From Octopus vulgaris (taxonomy: Eukaryota), in contig OX597815.1 in NCBI GenBank assembly GCA_951406725.2, forward strand, positions 86,490,001 through 86,554,000: a stretch of DNA of 64,000 nucleotides, given 5' to 3'. Shown piece after piece: positions 1 through 11,046 of the stretch. Under the pieces are notes generated by a model. The model was not told the origin of the DNA. It did not search any database and saw only the letters and a program-made list of their open reading frames with translations. Position numbers and translations under genes: made by a program. The stretch's first letter is position 1. Each line of letters begins with the position of its first letter.

Positions 1-171
1 TTATTATTCAGGTCACTTCCTGCAATCGAACTCGGATTCTTGGGGTTAGTAGTCTGCAGCGCTCTTAACCACTACGCCATATGCCCGAGGGCATATGGCG
101 TAGTGGTTAAGAGCGCGGGCTGCTAACCCCAAAATTCCAAGTTCGATTCCAAGCAGTGATCTGAATAATAA
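1..171. repeat. Head-to-head palindrome of two tRNA-derived heads (arms 1-86 and 89-171, 2-nt loop)
   Basis: GCGCTCTTAACCACTACGCCATATGCCC-GA-GGGCATATGGCGTAGTGGTTAAGAGCGC forms a perfect 28-bp stem. Imperfect pairing continues to the window edge (TTATTATTCAGGTCAC vs GTGATCTGAATAATAA). Confidence 0.9.
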
Positions 172-352
172 TAATAACATCGAGAAATACCTTAGGAGTG
201 AGAACCCAGGTTCGAAATTTCCCCAAGTTGAAGGTTGGAGGGTATATCAGCTGAAACGTTGTGTTAACAACAAACAAGATGAGGACAAATATCCGTAAAT
301 TGTAAATAATGTAGATAATGTACATAATTCCTCATCTCTTAAATATAGAACT
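89..352 (+). mobile_element. tRNA-headed SINE-like element with a degenerate hammerhead-like body
   Basis: Box A TGGCGTAGTGG (~96) and box B AGTTCGATTCC (~140). Downstream are a GGTTG/CAGCT stem and GAAACGTT (~233-259), resembling the 3' half of a minimal hammerhead. Confidence 0.6.
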
Positions 353-436
353 TCAGTATATCACATAACGGATAACCAAATATATCTCGAGGTAAAAAAA
401 TTAAAATGTCCGTGGCAGGTAAGTTTCACACTTGCA

Positions 437-437
<1 letters not shown>

Positions 438-498
<61 letters not shown>

Positions 499-512
499 TT
501 AATAATAATAAC

Positions 513-580
<68 letters not shown>

Positions 581-606
581 TGATGATGATGATGATAATA
601 ATAATA
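438..606. repeat. (AAT)n/(GAT)n microsatellite
   Basis: Directly visible. Confidence 0.98.
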
Positions 607-1132
607 CTCATGGCTTCTGATCTTAACTGATGGAAGTGTTATCATGTACATTGTTTTGTCTTGGTATAAAAGATGGACTACAGCAAATATTCTGCTCAAT
701 ACCATAGATTTGCTTGTCAGTTGTTTGACCTTAACCAGTTGAGCATGTCCCTTAGTGGCTGACAATACGTGCATCTCTGATCACGGGCAGAAGTAGTGGG
801 GAAGCATCATAGCCATGTGTTGAGAGGGATTATTTGGGGTTTTAATAATTCACCTTTGGAAACATGGGTGTTTCGTTCAACATCCTAAAGCAACCCTTAT
901 TCAGGGACCTTTTGAGCAGGATGGGCTACTCAACCTGAAGAAAATTCTAACTGGGCCCCACCTGCAAGGTCATGTGCTGTTTATCTTGATATGAGATCAC
1001 CATGTCGCGCACATATGGTTGTGATACATGTGCCTGGTGTACCCTTATCAGACGGGTAGTCATGATGGGTATGCTGGGCTTTGTATATTTTACCCCAGTG
1101 TCACTTTGATGGCATGCACTGCTCTCTCACAC
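607..1132 (+). mobile_element. ~520-bp interspersed repeat embedded in (TAA)n; probable 3' UTR or non-autonomous derivative of an R4/Dong-type LINE
   Basis: Its 3' part recurs inverted at ~48170-48395, directly adjoining LINE ORF sequence, and its 5' start recurs at ~19665-19700. It is flanked by TAA repeats on both sides. Confidence 0.7.
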
Positions 1133-1198
<66 letters not shown>

Positions 1199-1219
1199 TA
1201 ATAATAATAAGAAGAAGAA

Positions 1220-1250
<31 letters not shown>

Positions 1251-1308
1251 AAGAAGAAGAAGAAGAAGAAGAAGAAGAAGAAGAAGAAGAAGAAGAAGAA
1301 GAAGAAGA
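1133..1308. repeat. (AAT)n followed by (GAA)n microsatellite
   Basis: Directly visible. Confidence 0.98.
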
Positions 1309-1519
1309 GTCCAATGATATTGAAGCATCAGAAATAATAAGAATATTAGAATAAATGACTTAAAATATTTAATTTTATGATTTGACATTCTAAGTTCGGA
1401 ATGCCAATATACACAATTTTGAGGGGTTAAACGTTATGTTTATCTTCTAGCATCAATTAAATAATTACTACTTATCTAATATAGTTGAATTCATTAACTA
1501 TACCCTTGTTTAGGTCGAC

Positions 1520-2560
1520 TTCTTCCAGAGAAAAGTCCATCAGCATATTCACAAATTTAACAACTTTGACAGTCACATTGATTTTGAACTTGAACACTGC
1601 GTCTTCACCTGATCTCTTTCTTTGCATGACTGTTTTCGAAACTTGTTTAAGATGAAGTAAGTTTCGACAGAATATATGGGTCAACAGGGATCTGTTTGCA
1701 CAATACGAGTCAGAACCAACAATGCATACAAAATTAAACTTCTCGGAGATAGAAACAGAATTAGAGAGGCATGAGAGAAATTTCTGAACACCATGAACTT
1801 CCAGAAGATGGCAAAAGGCAACAGCAACTTACCATCCTTCGCCAAACACACCATGTTTACAATATATACATATATATATATAAAAGGAAGGGTAGCATTT
1901 CCAGAGATGGCATACACTTACTGAGACTGCATTACTTTGTTGACGAAATAACTACTGCAATCTCTAGAAAGGGTCTAAACCTATAGATGAGGAAATTCAT
2001 ATATGTAAATGGTTTAACGGAGAGCAGCAGTATGTGCACACTGTCACAGTTCCCCGTAAACAATGCCGACATGTGTTCAAAGACCCATTTTTTGTGACAA
2101 CATATCTGGAAACAAATGTCATAGTTGTTACATCGGAAACACATTGTGAAAACGGCATGTCTACATCGAGGAACAAATGCGGACAATAAAACGTACAGTC
2201 AAGATGCACTCAATATATAATGCTACACCAAATAATCCACAGTCTTCAATAACATCACAAACAGAAGCATTGTTTATTTGAAAAAGAAAGATGCCATCCT
2301 TACTAATTGACGCAATTCTTCTATTGACTATAGACGAGATCTCCGCGAGACAGATTGGTTATTATATCAATAGCAGCTATCTAAGGAAATGGTAATCTGC
2401 TATCGGAGGAACAGGTTGCAACTAACTGTTAGTGTTGCACTTAATATCCACAAGTCTGAACCGATCATACAGCGATTCTAGAAAGGAGCTGTAACGTGCT
2501 ATTTGCGCACAACTTTTCCATCAATTCCAGAGTTTTTTTCATCTGTGGAACCGTTGGTCT
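1520..2560 (+). pseudogene. Highly decayed Helitron RepHel / PIF1-helicase relic
   Basis: Frameshifted manual translation gives, in order: EIETELERHE...SEHHELPE, KFIYVNG (region before Walker A), NVIVVTS...NVQSRC (cf. VIAVASSGIAA...TAHSRF), LLTIDEIS (Walker B), IGG and PIIQR. These are collinear with PIF1 motifs but weak. Confidence 0.45.
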
Positions 2561-2689
2561 ACTTACTGATCTATACCATATTAACACTGCAAACTTCCTC
2601 TTACTTGGTCTTGAAGGGCACCTATTTACTTCTGTGCTATAACCAGTTTTTCATATTACGGCATGTTTTTGACTTCCCGATATAAATCT

Positions 2690-2719
2690 AAATATACATA
2701 TACATACATACATATATAT

Positions 2720-2805
<86 letters not shown>

Positions 2806-2935
2806 ATATCATATATATATATAATATTATATTATATTATATTATATTATATACACACACACACATTATATATATATATGTATGTGTGTATGTGTGTGTG
2901 TGTGTGTGTGTGTTGTGTGTGTGTGTGTGTGTGCA
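2690..2935. repeat. Compound (TACA)/(CA)/(TA)/(TG) microsatellite
   Basis: Directly visible. Confidence 0.95.
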
Positions 2936-3081
2936 TTACAGTTGTTGCATTTCTTTTCAATACGTTGTATAAGTATAAATATATTATAGAATGATTTGAT
3001 ATCTGTTAACTGCCTGATTATGTTGTTGTCCCAATATATATACATATATATAAAACGGGACAAAACTCAAATTCAGGAGCA

Positions 3082-3125
3082 ATGGCTACCGATATTTCAT
3101 TATTTTGGCGGTTTATCAACACCAT
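3082..3125 (-). ncRNA. Degenerate hammerhead-like motif (Penelope pLTR)
   Basis: Minus strand reads ATGGTG-TTGATAA-accgccaaaataat-GAAATATCGGTA-GCCAT. Stem II is decayed. The motif lies downstream of the Penelope RT relic on the same strand. Confidence 0.4.
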
Positions 3126-3319
3126 GTATTTAAATTGGACCAGTAATGAATCGAATTGTGCCTATCACGCAGGCAATCCTGACAACAAGCAAAACGCACA
3201 CATTGAGTCTGTGCGATCGATAATGTCTACATCTCTAGTGCTGCTTTTAATTCTTCATTATATATATATATGTGTGTGTGCCTGTGTGTGTATCGCACGT
3301 CTGTTTCTTGATTACAATT

Positions 3320-3800
3320 GTTTTTCGTTGAGACCATGTTGAATACAGCGTTAGTGATTCCTAAGGGAGGACAAGTATTTACTCCGTCGCAGTGATTATA
3401 TAATTTACTCTGTATACAAAAAATGTCACATTTGTTGTAATGGATACTAATAATTTCTTCATTATATTAGCTGGTATCGTGGGTGGCTTTATTGTTCAGA
3501 GAGTGTTTACATGACTTAATAAATGTTCTATTGTTCTATTACTGCAAATTATGTTAGACAGGCTTTCTACGTCGATGTTGGGGTTGTTGGTTAATTTGTA
3601 AATATTTTATAAGATATGTAAGAACTACTCGAATGAACATATACTGTAACTCAACGGGGTGTTTTATTTGATAATGTTATCTAATTGTGTAGCAATCTTG
3701 AATGTTTGCGTATTTGAAAATATTATGATCGAGACCGTGGTGGTATCGGCGTACATACGTGCTGTAGTAAATTCCAGTCGAATGAGGCAAATAGAGAAAA
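3320..3800 (-). pseudogene. Penelope-like element reverse transcriptase relic (RT motifs 2-4)
   Basis: Manual translation: SIIIFSNTQTFKIATQLDNIIK*..YSICSFE*F...NIDVESLSNII..RTIEHLL...PPTIPANIMKKLLVSITT...KLYNHCDGVNTCPPLGITNAVFNM. This matches the PLE RT pattern RPIIS..TPTY.LAK.L / LDVESLFTNVP / LY.Q.DGV.MGSPLG..LAN.YM. Confidence 0.8.
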
Positions 3801-3960
3801 AACTAAAAGATAAATATATGAGAGGCTCCTCATTGTGCGTCGTCTATAGCTGTAATTAGTTTACTCAGTTTAACTTTTAATTAATTGGGTGTTATTAATA
3901 TTAAGAATCGTTATATACACGCACGTGTCATATATATAGGTATATGTCTATATCTATATG

Positions 3961-3998
<38 letters not shown>

Positions 3999-4059
3999 CA
4001 TACATATATATATATATATATATCAAAAGTTTGTGTTGTATATCAACTCACTCTCTCCA

Positions 4060-4240
4060 TCAAATCAACGTTGTTTGAACAGGTGCACTGTGTGCCATGC
4101 GTCATGTGTCCATGTAACCGCAGAGCAGAGTGAGATGAAGTGCTTTGCTCAAGAACATAAGACACCACCCGGTCTAGGCATTAAAATCGCAATCGCCAGT
4201 TCGTGTGTGCAAAACCCTAACCACTAGACCATGCGGCCTC
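4060..4240 (-). mobile_element. Degenerate tRNA-derived SINE
   Basis: Minus strand begins AGGCCGCATGGTCTAGTGGTTAGG (box A) and contains TCTTGAGCAAAGCACTT, a SINE core also seen at 43590 and 58740. Confidence 0.7.
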
Positions 4241-4339
4241 ACACACACAAATACACACACACACGTGCGCACGCACACACACACAGACACACACACACAC
4301 ACACGCACACACACTCACACACACAAAACATATATATAT

Positions 4340-4870
4340 ATATGTATGTATATATATATACTAATACCGACAGGTCAGTAAAAACATATTCTCGCCTTGA
4401 ACTTAAAATATTCTGAGATGTATAAAAAAATCCATTTTAATTTTTGCTGTCAAAAGGCTGTATATATATACCAAAGACTGTATATATATACATGTAATGT
4501 GACAATTTGCGACAACCAATAATTAACGCAACCAATTCCCAATAATATATTTGTTTTATCCTTTTCTGCCAAATTTTCCCAAATATTCTCATCACACTAT
4601 TGAACTTCTCTGTTACCAAACACTATATTTATACATGTAATGTGACAATTATGTATAAAAAAACATTTTTGAATTCATAATATCCAATGTGACAATTATG
4701 TAAAAAACTTTTTTGAATGCATAATATTCAATGTGACAATTATGTAAAAAACTTTTTTGAACCCATATTATTCAATGTTTCCTTAAATGTTACTTTTGAC
4801 AATCTTTTACCAAAGAGTGAAACCGGTTAAGTAAATAAACATCGTTTAAATTGCATTTTCAAACCTTTTT
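4340..4870 (+). mobile_element. Penelope pLTR-like non-autonomous unit with an internal ~44-bp tandem repeat and a terminal hammerhead
   Basis: AATGTGACAATTATGTAAAAAAC...TTTTGAA.CATAATAT occurs three times at 4637-4777. The 3' part (4790-4870) is homologous to 18047-18130 and, inverted, to 17515-17600. The unit is flanked by (TA)n. Confidence 0.65.
4790..4834 (+). ncRNA. Type I minimal hammerhead ribozyme variant (U3-A8)
   Basis: TTACTT-TTGACAA-TCTTT tacc AAAGA gt-GAA-ACCGGT-T-AAGTAA. It has a 6-bp stem I, a 5-bp stem II with 2 extra nt, a palindromic stem III and a GUU triplet. Confidence 0.65.
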
Positions 4871-4917
4871 TCTTATATAATCCCACTCGTGCGATACCCC
4901 ACAACTCAACTTTTTAC

Positions 4918-5013
<96 letters not shown>

Positions 5014-6398
5014 TGTGTGTGTTGGAATTTACACAAACACAAAAGACAAAGACAGAGGTATAAACTACAAACAAGTGTATTAGTTTGTATTTATATAATG
5101 AACATTATAAAGAGTGAGAGGAGAAGCAGGCAGAAATCAATAGATGAATATGTAGGTGCGAGTGTTTATATGCCAAAGTATTTCTCCGTCATTGCCTCAT
5201 CCCTCCCTTCTTCACTTTTAAAATCTCTGGATCTTCTTTTGTCTCTTCTCAGTCTGACCATAAACCGCTCCTTCTAGTAATTCATAATATTTCTTTTTTT
5301 TTCATAATGTCTCCTTTACCCTACTTTCTCATAGATTCTAAATTGTTTATTCTTCAAAACCAATAAATATTTTGTATCTCGTCGACGAGATTTCCTTAAA
5401 ACTTTATACTCTTCTCTCACTAAATTTACTCCACTACTTCAAATTTCATCCTTTTTTTATCAACGTAGAGCATCAACAGTATCTGATTATGTCAGGTTAC
5501 TTCGTAGTTCTCAGTGCACAGTTTACAATAAGAATATTTTAGTTATATTGTAAATGCCCAATTTAATTCAACAGAATGCTTTCTGTTAAAGAATAACAAA
5601 ATATTGAGAAATATGAGCTAGAGCACAACGGAGCAATAGAGCACAATAAAGGAAAACTATAATGCGGTGTTGATGGTGAACTTCATAACCTTGCAGCTTC
5701 GTGTTAGCACTCAGAAATACACCCTTACATGCACTATCGAGAGAATGTTAGTCCTGTGATGGCGCCTATCTCTCTCCAATCTATTCTCATGGCCGTAGTT
5801 GATTATAAAAATTCTTTACTTTGTTTTCTGATTCAGAGAGTTTCAGATATGTAAGATTAAATATCCATCATGGATACATTTAAGAAAATCTAATATTTCA
5901 GTGGTTTATCTGCACTGGGTAGATACTACTGATGTAGAGATAACTAAATTAAAGATCCCATGTTGGAAGATTTTTGAAAGATAATCATGATCGGAATAAG
6001 GCGAAAATCTATTTATAACTGAGCTTGAAATTTTATGGATGGCATTTAATAAGTTATCAATCGGAAAAAATAATTTTGCACTTTATGCGTATTGAAGAGG
6101 AAGCTTTCGATAAATTTTACGAATATATTTGTATGAAGCTGATCCTTAAAAATATGAAGCATGTTGACTATTTTTTATTTAATATTCATTTTCGAGTTTC
6201 ACAATATTTTCGTTCAGAACAAAGGCATTAGAATGAAGTGAATAGAGGATTGTAATGAAATGCAAAACACTTGTATCATGCTTTAATTGCATTCTAATAG
6301 CTAAAGTATGGTTTTATAATGTAATACTGCAATATCTATGAAAATTCTTGTTAAGGAATAGCTGCAAAACCACTACACTAAGAGAGGCATTGTTCTTT

Positions 6399-6717
6399 GG
6401 AGTAGCAGACATCCTAGATAATAGGGCTATTAATAGATAGCTAATAGCATATCACCATCGCTATGGTTTACTCGCGTAGAAGAAAACATGTAACATTCTG
6501 AAAACAATTTATTTTTTATGTGGAGTAGCAGACATTCCAGTGTATAGAATTATTAATATTAATACATAGCTAATACTATATCATCAACATTATTTTTTAG
6601 TTGGGATTAGAATATGTGTAATAGGGTGTCCATATAGCATTAACATGATAACATTATGTTTTAGTTGGGATTAGAATATGTGTAATAGGGTGTCCATATA
6701 GCATTAAAATGATACCA
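6399..6717. repeat. Local duplications: a diverged ~75-bp pair (6399/6523) and a near-perfect 64-bp tandem pair (~6595-6717)
   Basis: GGAGTAGCAGACAT occurs twice. TTAGTTGGGATTAGAATATGTGTAATAGGGTGTCCATATAGCATTAA occurs twice. Confidence 0.9.
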
Positions 6718-7859
6718 TCCTTCACCTTACTCTGAACGCGACATGAAGCAAAAACAGTTGCAGTGTTGTGAAAATTCGATAAGATAAAGTGAAATAGAGT
6801 CGACAGCGTCTTGTCTGAATGGTCTAATCCAAGAGTTTTTTGAATACATGCCACACTTGTTCATTTCTTCTCTTTTTTTCTTTTGGCACATGCATATCGG
6901 AATTAGCAACAGAGTACGAATATTCTTAGCTGTGTTAGAAGGTGAGTGTTGCTACTGTTGGGAATGATGTGAATAAAAACGACATCAATAGTTTCTTGCC
7001 AAACTTTTGCTAAAGATAATTCGATCAGGAGCGTATTGCCCTTCGTAGATAATCTATACAGTCACAGTAGCACTTTTAGCAGCGCCTGTTTGAAATGTGC
7101 TCAGTGAAACAAAACTGCTTAGCTCATACTCATTCAGTGAACAAGCTCTATTGAAATGATGAGTTACAACGAACAGTTGATATTATTGAGTATTTGAATG
7201 TTGCGGCTATTAGCCGAGTTTATTATGAGGATCACTCCATCACTTTCTAATGTCAGAAAAAAGAGGTAGTTTCCTCTGTCTTGTAGATGCGAGTGGGAAA
7301 GTGATGAGACTGGTCTGCGAGAAAGAGCGTACTTCCATTACCAAACGTAATTAAGTCGTTATTACTGGTTTTGCACTTACATTTGGAAAACAGAGTAATC
7401 TTGGATCAATGGGTTTCGTAATTATATGCTTGCGAGAAGAGCAGGCGGACAATTTCATTTGCTGACTCACATGCTGTAATGGACGTTATTTTAGGTTCAA
7501 TAAATTTTATTTTTATTTTCGATGCATTTATCTTTTAAGTACCCTGTACAGAAAGCCCTTGGATGAGATCTGAACTCACATGCGTGCACCAGCTGGGTTG
7601 TCTATCTTGTGTGCTGACTTTGAAGGTCTTCTCACTATCGTCTACGGGAATTAGTTCTAATTTTGCTTCCTGGCACTCTTCTTTTAATTTTGACTCTATA
7701 TCTTCAGAAGGAGTTACCTCAATCCTTTCTACATTAACCAAAATGAAGTAGATTGACAAATTTATTTTTTGAACCAGTTGAAGACACATGAGATGTCGAA
7801 ATATCATTCACTAGATAACAATGGCACTCTTCTTTGAATTTTGTCTCTATATTTTCAGG

Positions 7860-9204
7860 AGCAGAGATAACAATGAATATATATTTCTTACTAATAAGAG
7901 TAATCTCATAGCACAGGAAAGAATCAGTGGTAGGTTACTTGATGAGAGACTTATAGATGATCTAAAAGAAGACAATAAAACTAATAGCGACATTACAGAT
8001 GAACAAAGGGCAATCTACGCCAGAATAAAGGTAAGACCACAGGAAAACGATAGCGACATTATATGCAACCTTAAAAATGTTGATCGATGGTAATTGAACC
8101 AAGAAACAAAAAATGTCAATGAAATTCTGAAATACATCACAACCAAAAAAATCACAGAAACAAATAATTTGACTAAGGCAGCAAGTATTGTTGTAGCAGA
8201 AAATGATGTCAAGAAGAAATATATGATGGGCGTGACAAAAGAAAAGACCCATTGTGGAAAAGAAGAATGCACACGGGCTTAGATATGCTCTAGAAGGAAA
8301 TCTCTGTGTTAGACCGAAAAGAGAAAGGGGAGCGTAAAAGTGAACAAAAATACAGGGCGCTGAAAAGGAAGTTTAATACTGAAAGAAAAGGCCTGGGTGT
8401 AGTACTCCTTGCAAAGAAAGCAAAGAATGAAGGGTTACCTCCAGAATAGGTTATTCAGTTATTCAGAGTAGATCAGAATAGATTCTATAAGGAAATAAAT
8501 GGAGAGTGTACAGATGAAAAGTTGATACTAGATAATATTGAAAGCCAAAAGTTTTGGAGTGACATTTGGAGGAAAGACAAGGAGCACAAGAAGGATGCTG
8601 AATGGTTGCAAGAACTGAATCAAAATCAGTACTCCTGCTTACTGGTATGAACATCATCCTGAGCCGGTCGTTGAAGGTAAAACTGTCATTATGCTCTGGG
8701 ATTTTCCAGTCAGCACCGAGAGACCGATCCAAATTAATCGACCAGACATAGTCATTAAGGAGAGGGTAGAAAATACTTGTAGACAAATAGATGTAAGCTT
8801 TCCCACTGATAAAAATATATCTATAAAGGAATTTGACAAACTAAGTAAATATAAGGACCTAGAAATTGAAATACAAATGATGTGATATCTTAAAGCGAGA
8901 AATGTTCTTGTTATTGTTGAAAGGGATGATAATATAAGGATGCCAGAAACATGTAGATAATATCCCAGGAGAACCATGTCTCAGAGAAAATTGTGCTGTC
9001 AAGTACTTCCCACATCCTTATCAATTTACACCCTATCCATTTAAATATCTGTGTTGTTTTTCAAAAAGATATTTCGCTACTGCGCCTGCCACTTCTCTTT
9101 CCCATTTCTTCAGTTATTCGTAACATCTCTTATCCTTCACTCGCCCTAGGATGCTGAGTGTCTCTCGGCAAGTTACTGTAACAAATATGCAGATTAAAAG
9201 TAAA

Positions 9205-9205
<1 letters not shown>
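7860..9205 (+). mobile_element. Internally deleted R4/Dong-type (RLE) non-LTR retrotransposon
   Basis: The N-terminal LKNVDR..LNQETKNVNEILKYI..ITETNNL..AAS region is joined directly to the RLE domain (WYEH..LWDFPVSTERPIQINRPDIVI..IDVSFPTD..KLSKYKDL). The 3' UTR ends in (TAA)n. Parts are nearly identical to 19770-20230 and 21005-21212. Confidence 0.9.
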
Positions 9206-9271
<66 letters not shown>

Positions 9272-9289
9272 GTTGGGGCTTAATAATAA

Positions 9290-9795
9290 ATATGACGTGG
9301 TATGAGCACAAACCGCCAGGCGTGGCGAAGTCGGAGACTAACGAAATCCTCTGGGATGTCCCAATTCAAACAGATCATGTGCTAGAACATAACAGACTGG
9401 ACCTAGTGGTGGTGGACAAGATGCATTACACATGCTACATATTTGATTTTGCATGCCCCTTTGACCTACGAATAGTCAAACATGAAGGTGAAAAGATAGA
9501 TAAATACAACCCTCCTGAGTATGAAAGTGCCCGGTTATGGAAACTGGAGAAGGTGAAGATAGTATCAATTATTGTTGGGTCCTTGGGAGCAGTATCTGAA
9601 GGCATTAAGGGGAATATAAAGGAATTTGGAATAGAATGCCCTGTAGATCCGTTACTAAAGGTTTACTTCCTTAGCAAGGCCAGAATAATCAGGAAAGTAT
9701 TATGTAGCTGAAACGAATGGCTAGCATGGTATCGTAGGCTGCATGTAGCAAGCCCGCTACCTATGTAAGACTCCAGGAGCTCCAACAAACGTGTG
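9290..9795 (+). mobile_element. 5'-truncated R4/Dong-type LINE 3' end (RLE endonuclease)
   Basis: ORF 9151-9711 reads WYEHKP..EILWDVPIQTDHVLEHNRLDLVVVDK..DFACPFD..KIDKY..LWK..IIVGSLG. It begins right after (TAA)n. Confidence 0.9.
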
Positions 9796-9806
9796 ATAAA
9801 GATAAA

Positions 9807-9829
9807 TACTGCTACTACTGCTACTATTG

Positions 9830-9896
<67 letters not shown>

Positions 9897-9912
9897 CACC
9901 ACCACCACCACC

Positions 9913-9968
<56 letters not shown>

Positions 9969-10045
9969 TACTACTACTACCACCACTACTACTACTAGTA
10001 ATAATAATAATAAATAATAACAAGAAGAAGAAGAAGAAGAAGAAA
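9807..10045. repeat. (ACT)n/(ACC)n/(AAT)n/(GAA)n trinucleotide microsatellite
   Basis: Directly visible. Confidence 0.97.
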
Positions 10046-10376
10046 GTGGATCAATTGCTACTACCGATAATTTAAGTGTGAGACAAATGAAGAAACCATA
10101 TAAATAAAAAGGGAAATTAAGCTATCCAGCACGTGGGGATTGAAAATAGAAACAATATCTATGATACAGAAGCGCTTTGGTAATGAAAATCTGATATAGG
10201 CAAGCATACAAACAGAAACCCAGAACTCCCAATAACATAGTTTATACAAAAAATTATACTACTAAACATTTCATAGGTTACTCTGAATTTGAAAATGAAA
10301 ACCGAATGAGGCCAAACACGAGTGTGCTCAATCCCATTAAACGGCGCTCTATTGTACAATGAATGTACGCAATATT

Positions 10377-11046
10377 GGTTTTAAATTTTGGCACAAGAGC
10401 TGCAAGTTGGGGGTTGGGGCTAGTCAATTACATCAACCCCAGTAATCGACTAGTACTTATTTTATGAAACCCCGAGGGATGTAATGTAAAGTCGACCTCG
10501 GCCGACTTTGAACTCAGAACACGAAGACGGACGAAATACTGCCGAGTATTTTGTCCGGTGTGTAACGATTCTTCTAACGCACCACCTTAAAATGTACGCA
10601 ATATTCTTTTCTACACTAGGCACGAGGCCCGAACTTTTGGGGAAGAGAGCCAGTCGATTAGATCGACCACGGTACGCAACTGGTACTTAATTTATCGACC
10701 CCGAAAGATGAAAGGCAAAGTAGAACTCGGCGGAATTTGGACTCAGAACGTAAAAACAGACAAAATACTGCTAAGCATTTCTCCCGGTATGCTAACGTTT
10801 CTGCCAGCTCGCCACTTTAGAATGTACGCAATATTAATAACACTAATAAGGCAGCAGAGCTGATACAAATGTTAGCACGCCAGGCAAAATGCATAGCGAT
10901 ATTTCGTCCATCATTGCGTTATGAGTTTAAAATCTACCAAGGCTCTTTTATTCATTCGGAGTCGATAATAACTTGAACACTGTGGTCGATGTAATTGACT
11001 TACTCTGTCCCCTTAATTTGCTGGCCATATGCCAAAATTTGAACCC
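10377..11046. mobile_element. Three stacked Nin-domain tRNA-SINEs (two minus, one plus) with chained target-site duplications
   Basis: SINE core GGCAAAGTCGACCTCGGCGGAATTTGAACTCAGAAC. The TSD AATGTACGCAATATT occurs at 10362, 10591 and 10821, and AATATTAATAACACT at 10830 and 11047. Confidence 0.9.

Noticed and set aside
89-165. tRNA gene (Ser-GCT-like anticodon loop)
   Set aside because: The acceptor stem is not formed, the mirror copy has a different anticodon, and it continues into a repeat body. It is a SINE-type head, not a functional tRNA.
4633-4780. CRISPR-like array
   Set aside because: The units are fully repeated with no unique spacers, the context is eukaryotic and there are no cas genes. 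The same applies to 29170-29270.
6025-6231. Harbinger-transposase-like peptide (HFMRIEEEAFDKFY..HFRVSQ) and faint inverted similarity to ~37860-38400
   Set aside because: Only a few residues and short AT-rich words match, which cannot be distinguished from chance by eye.
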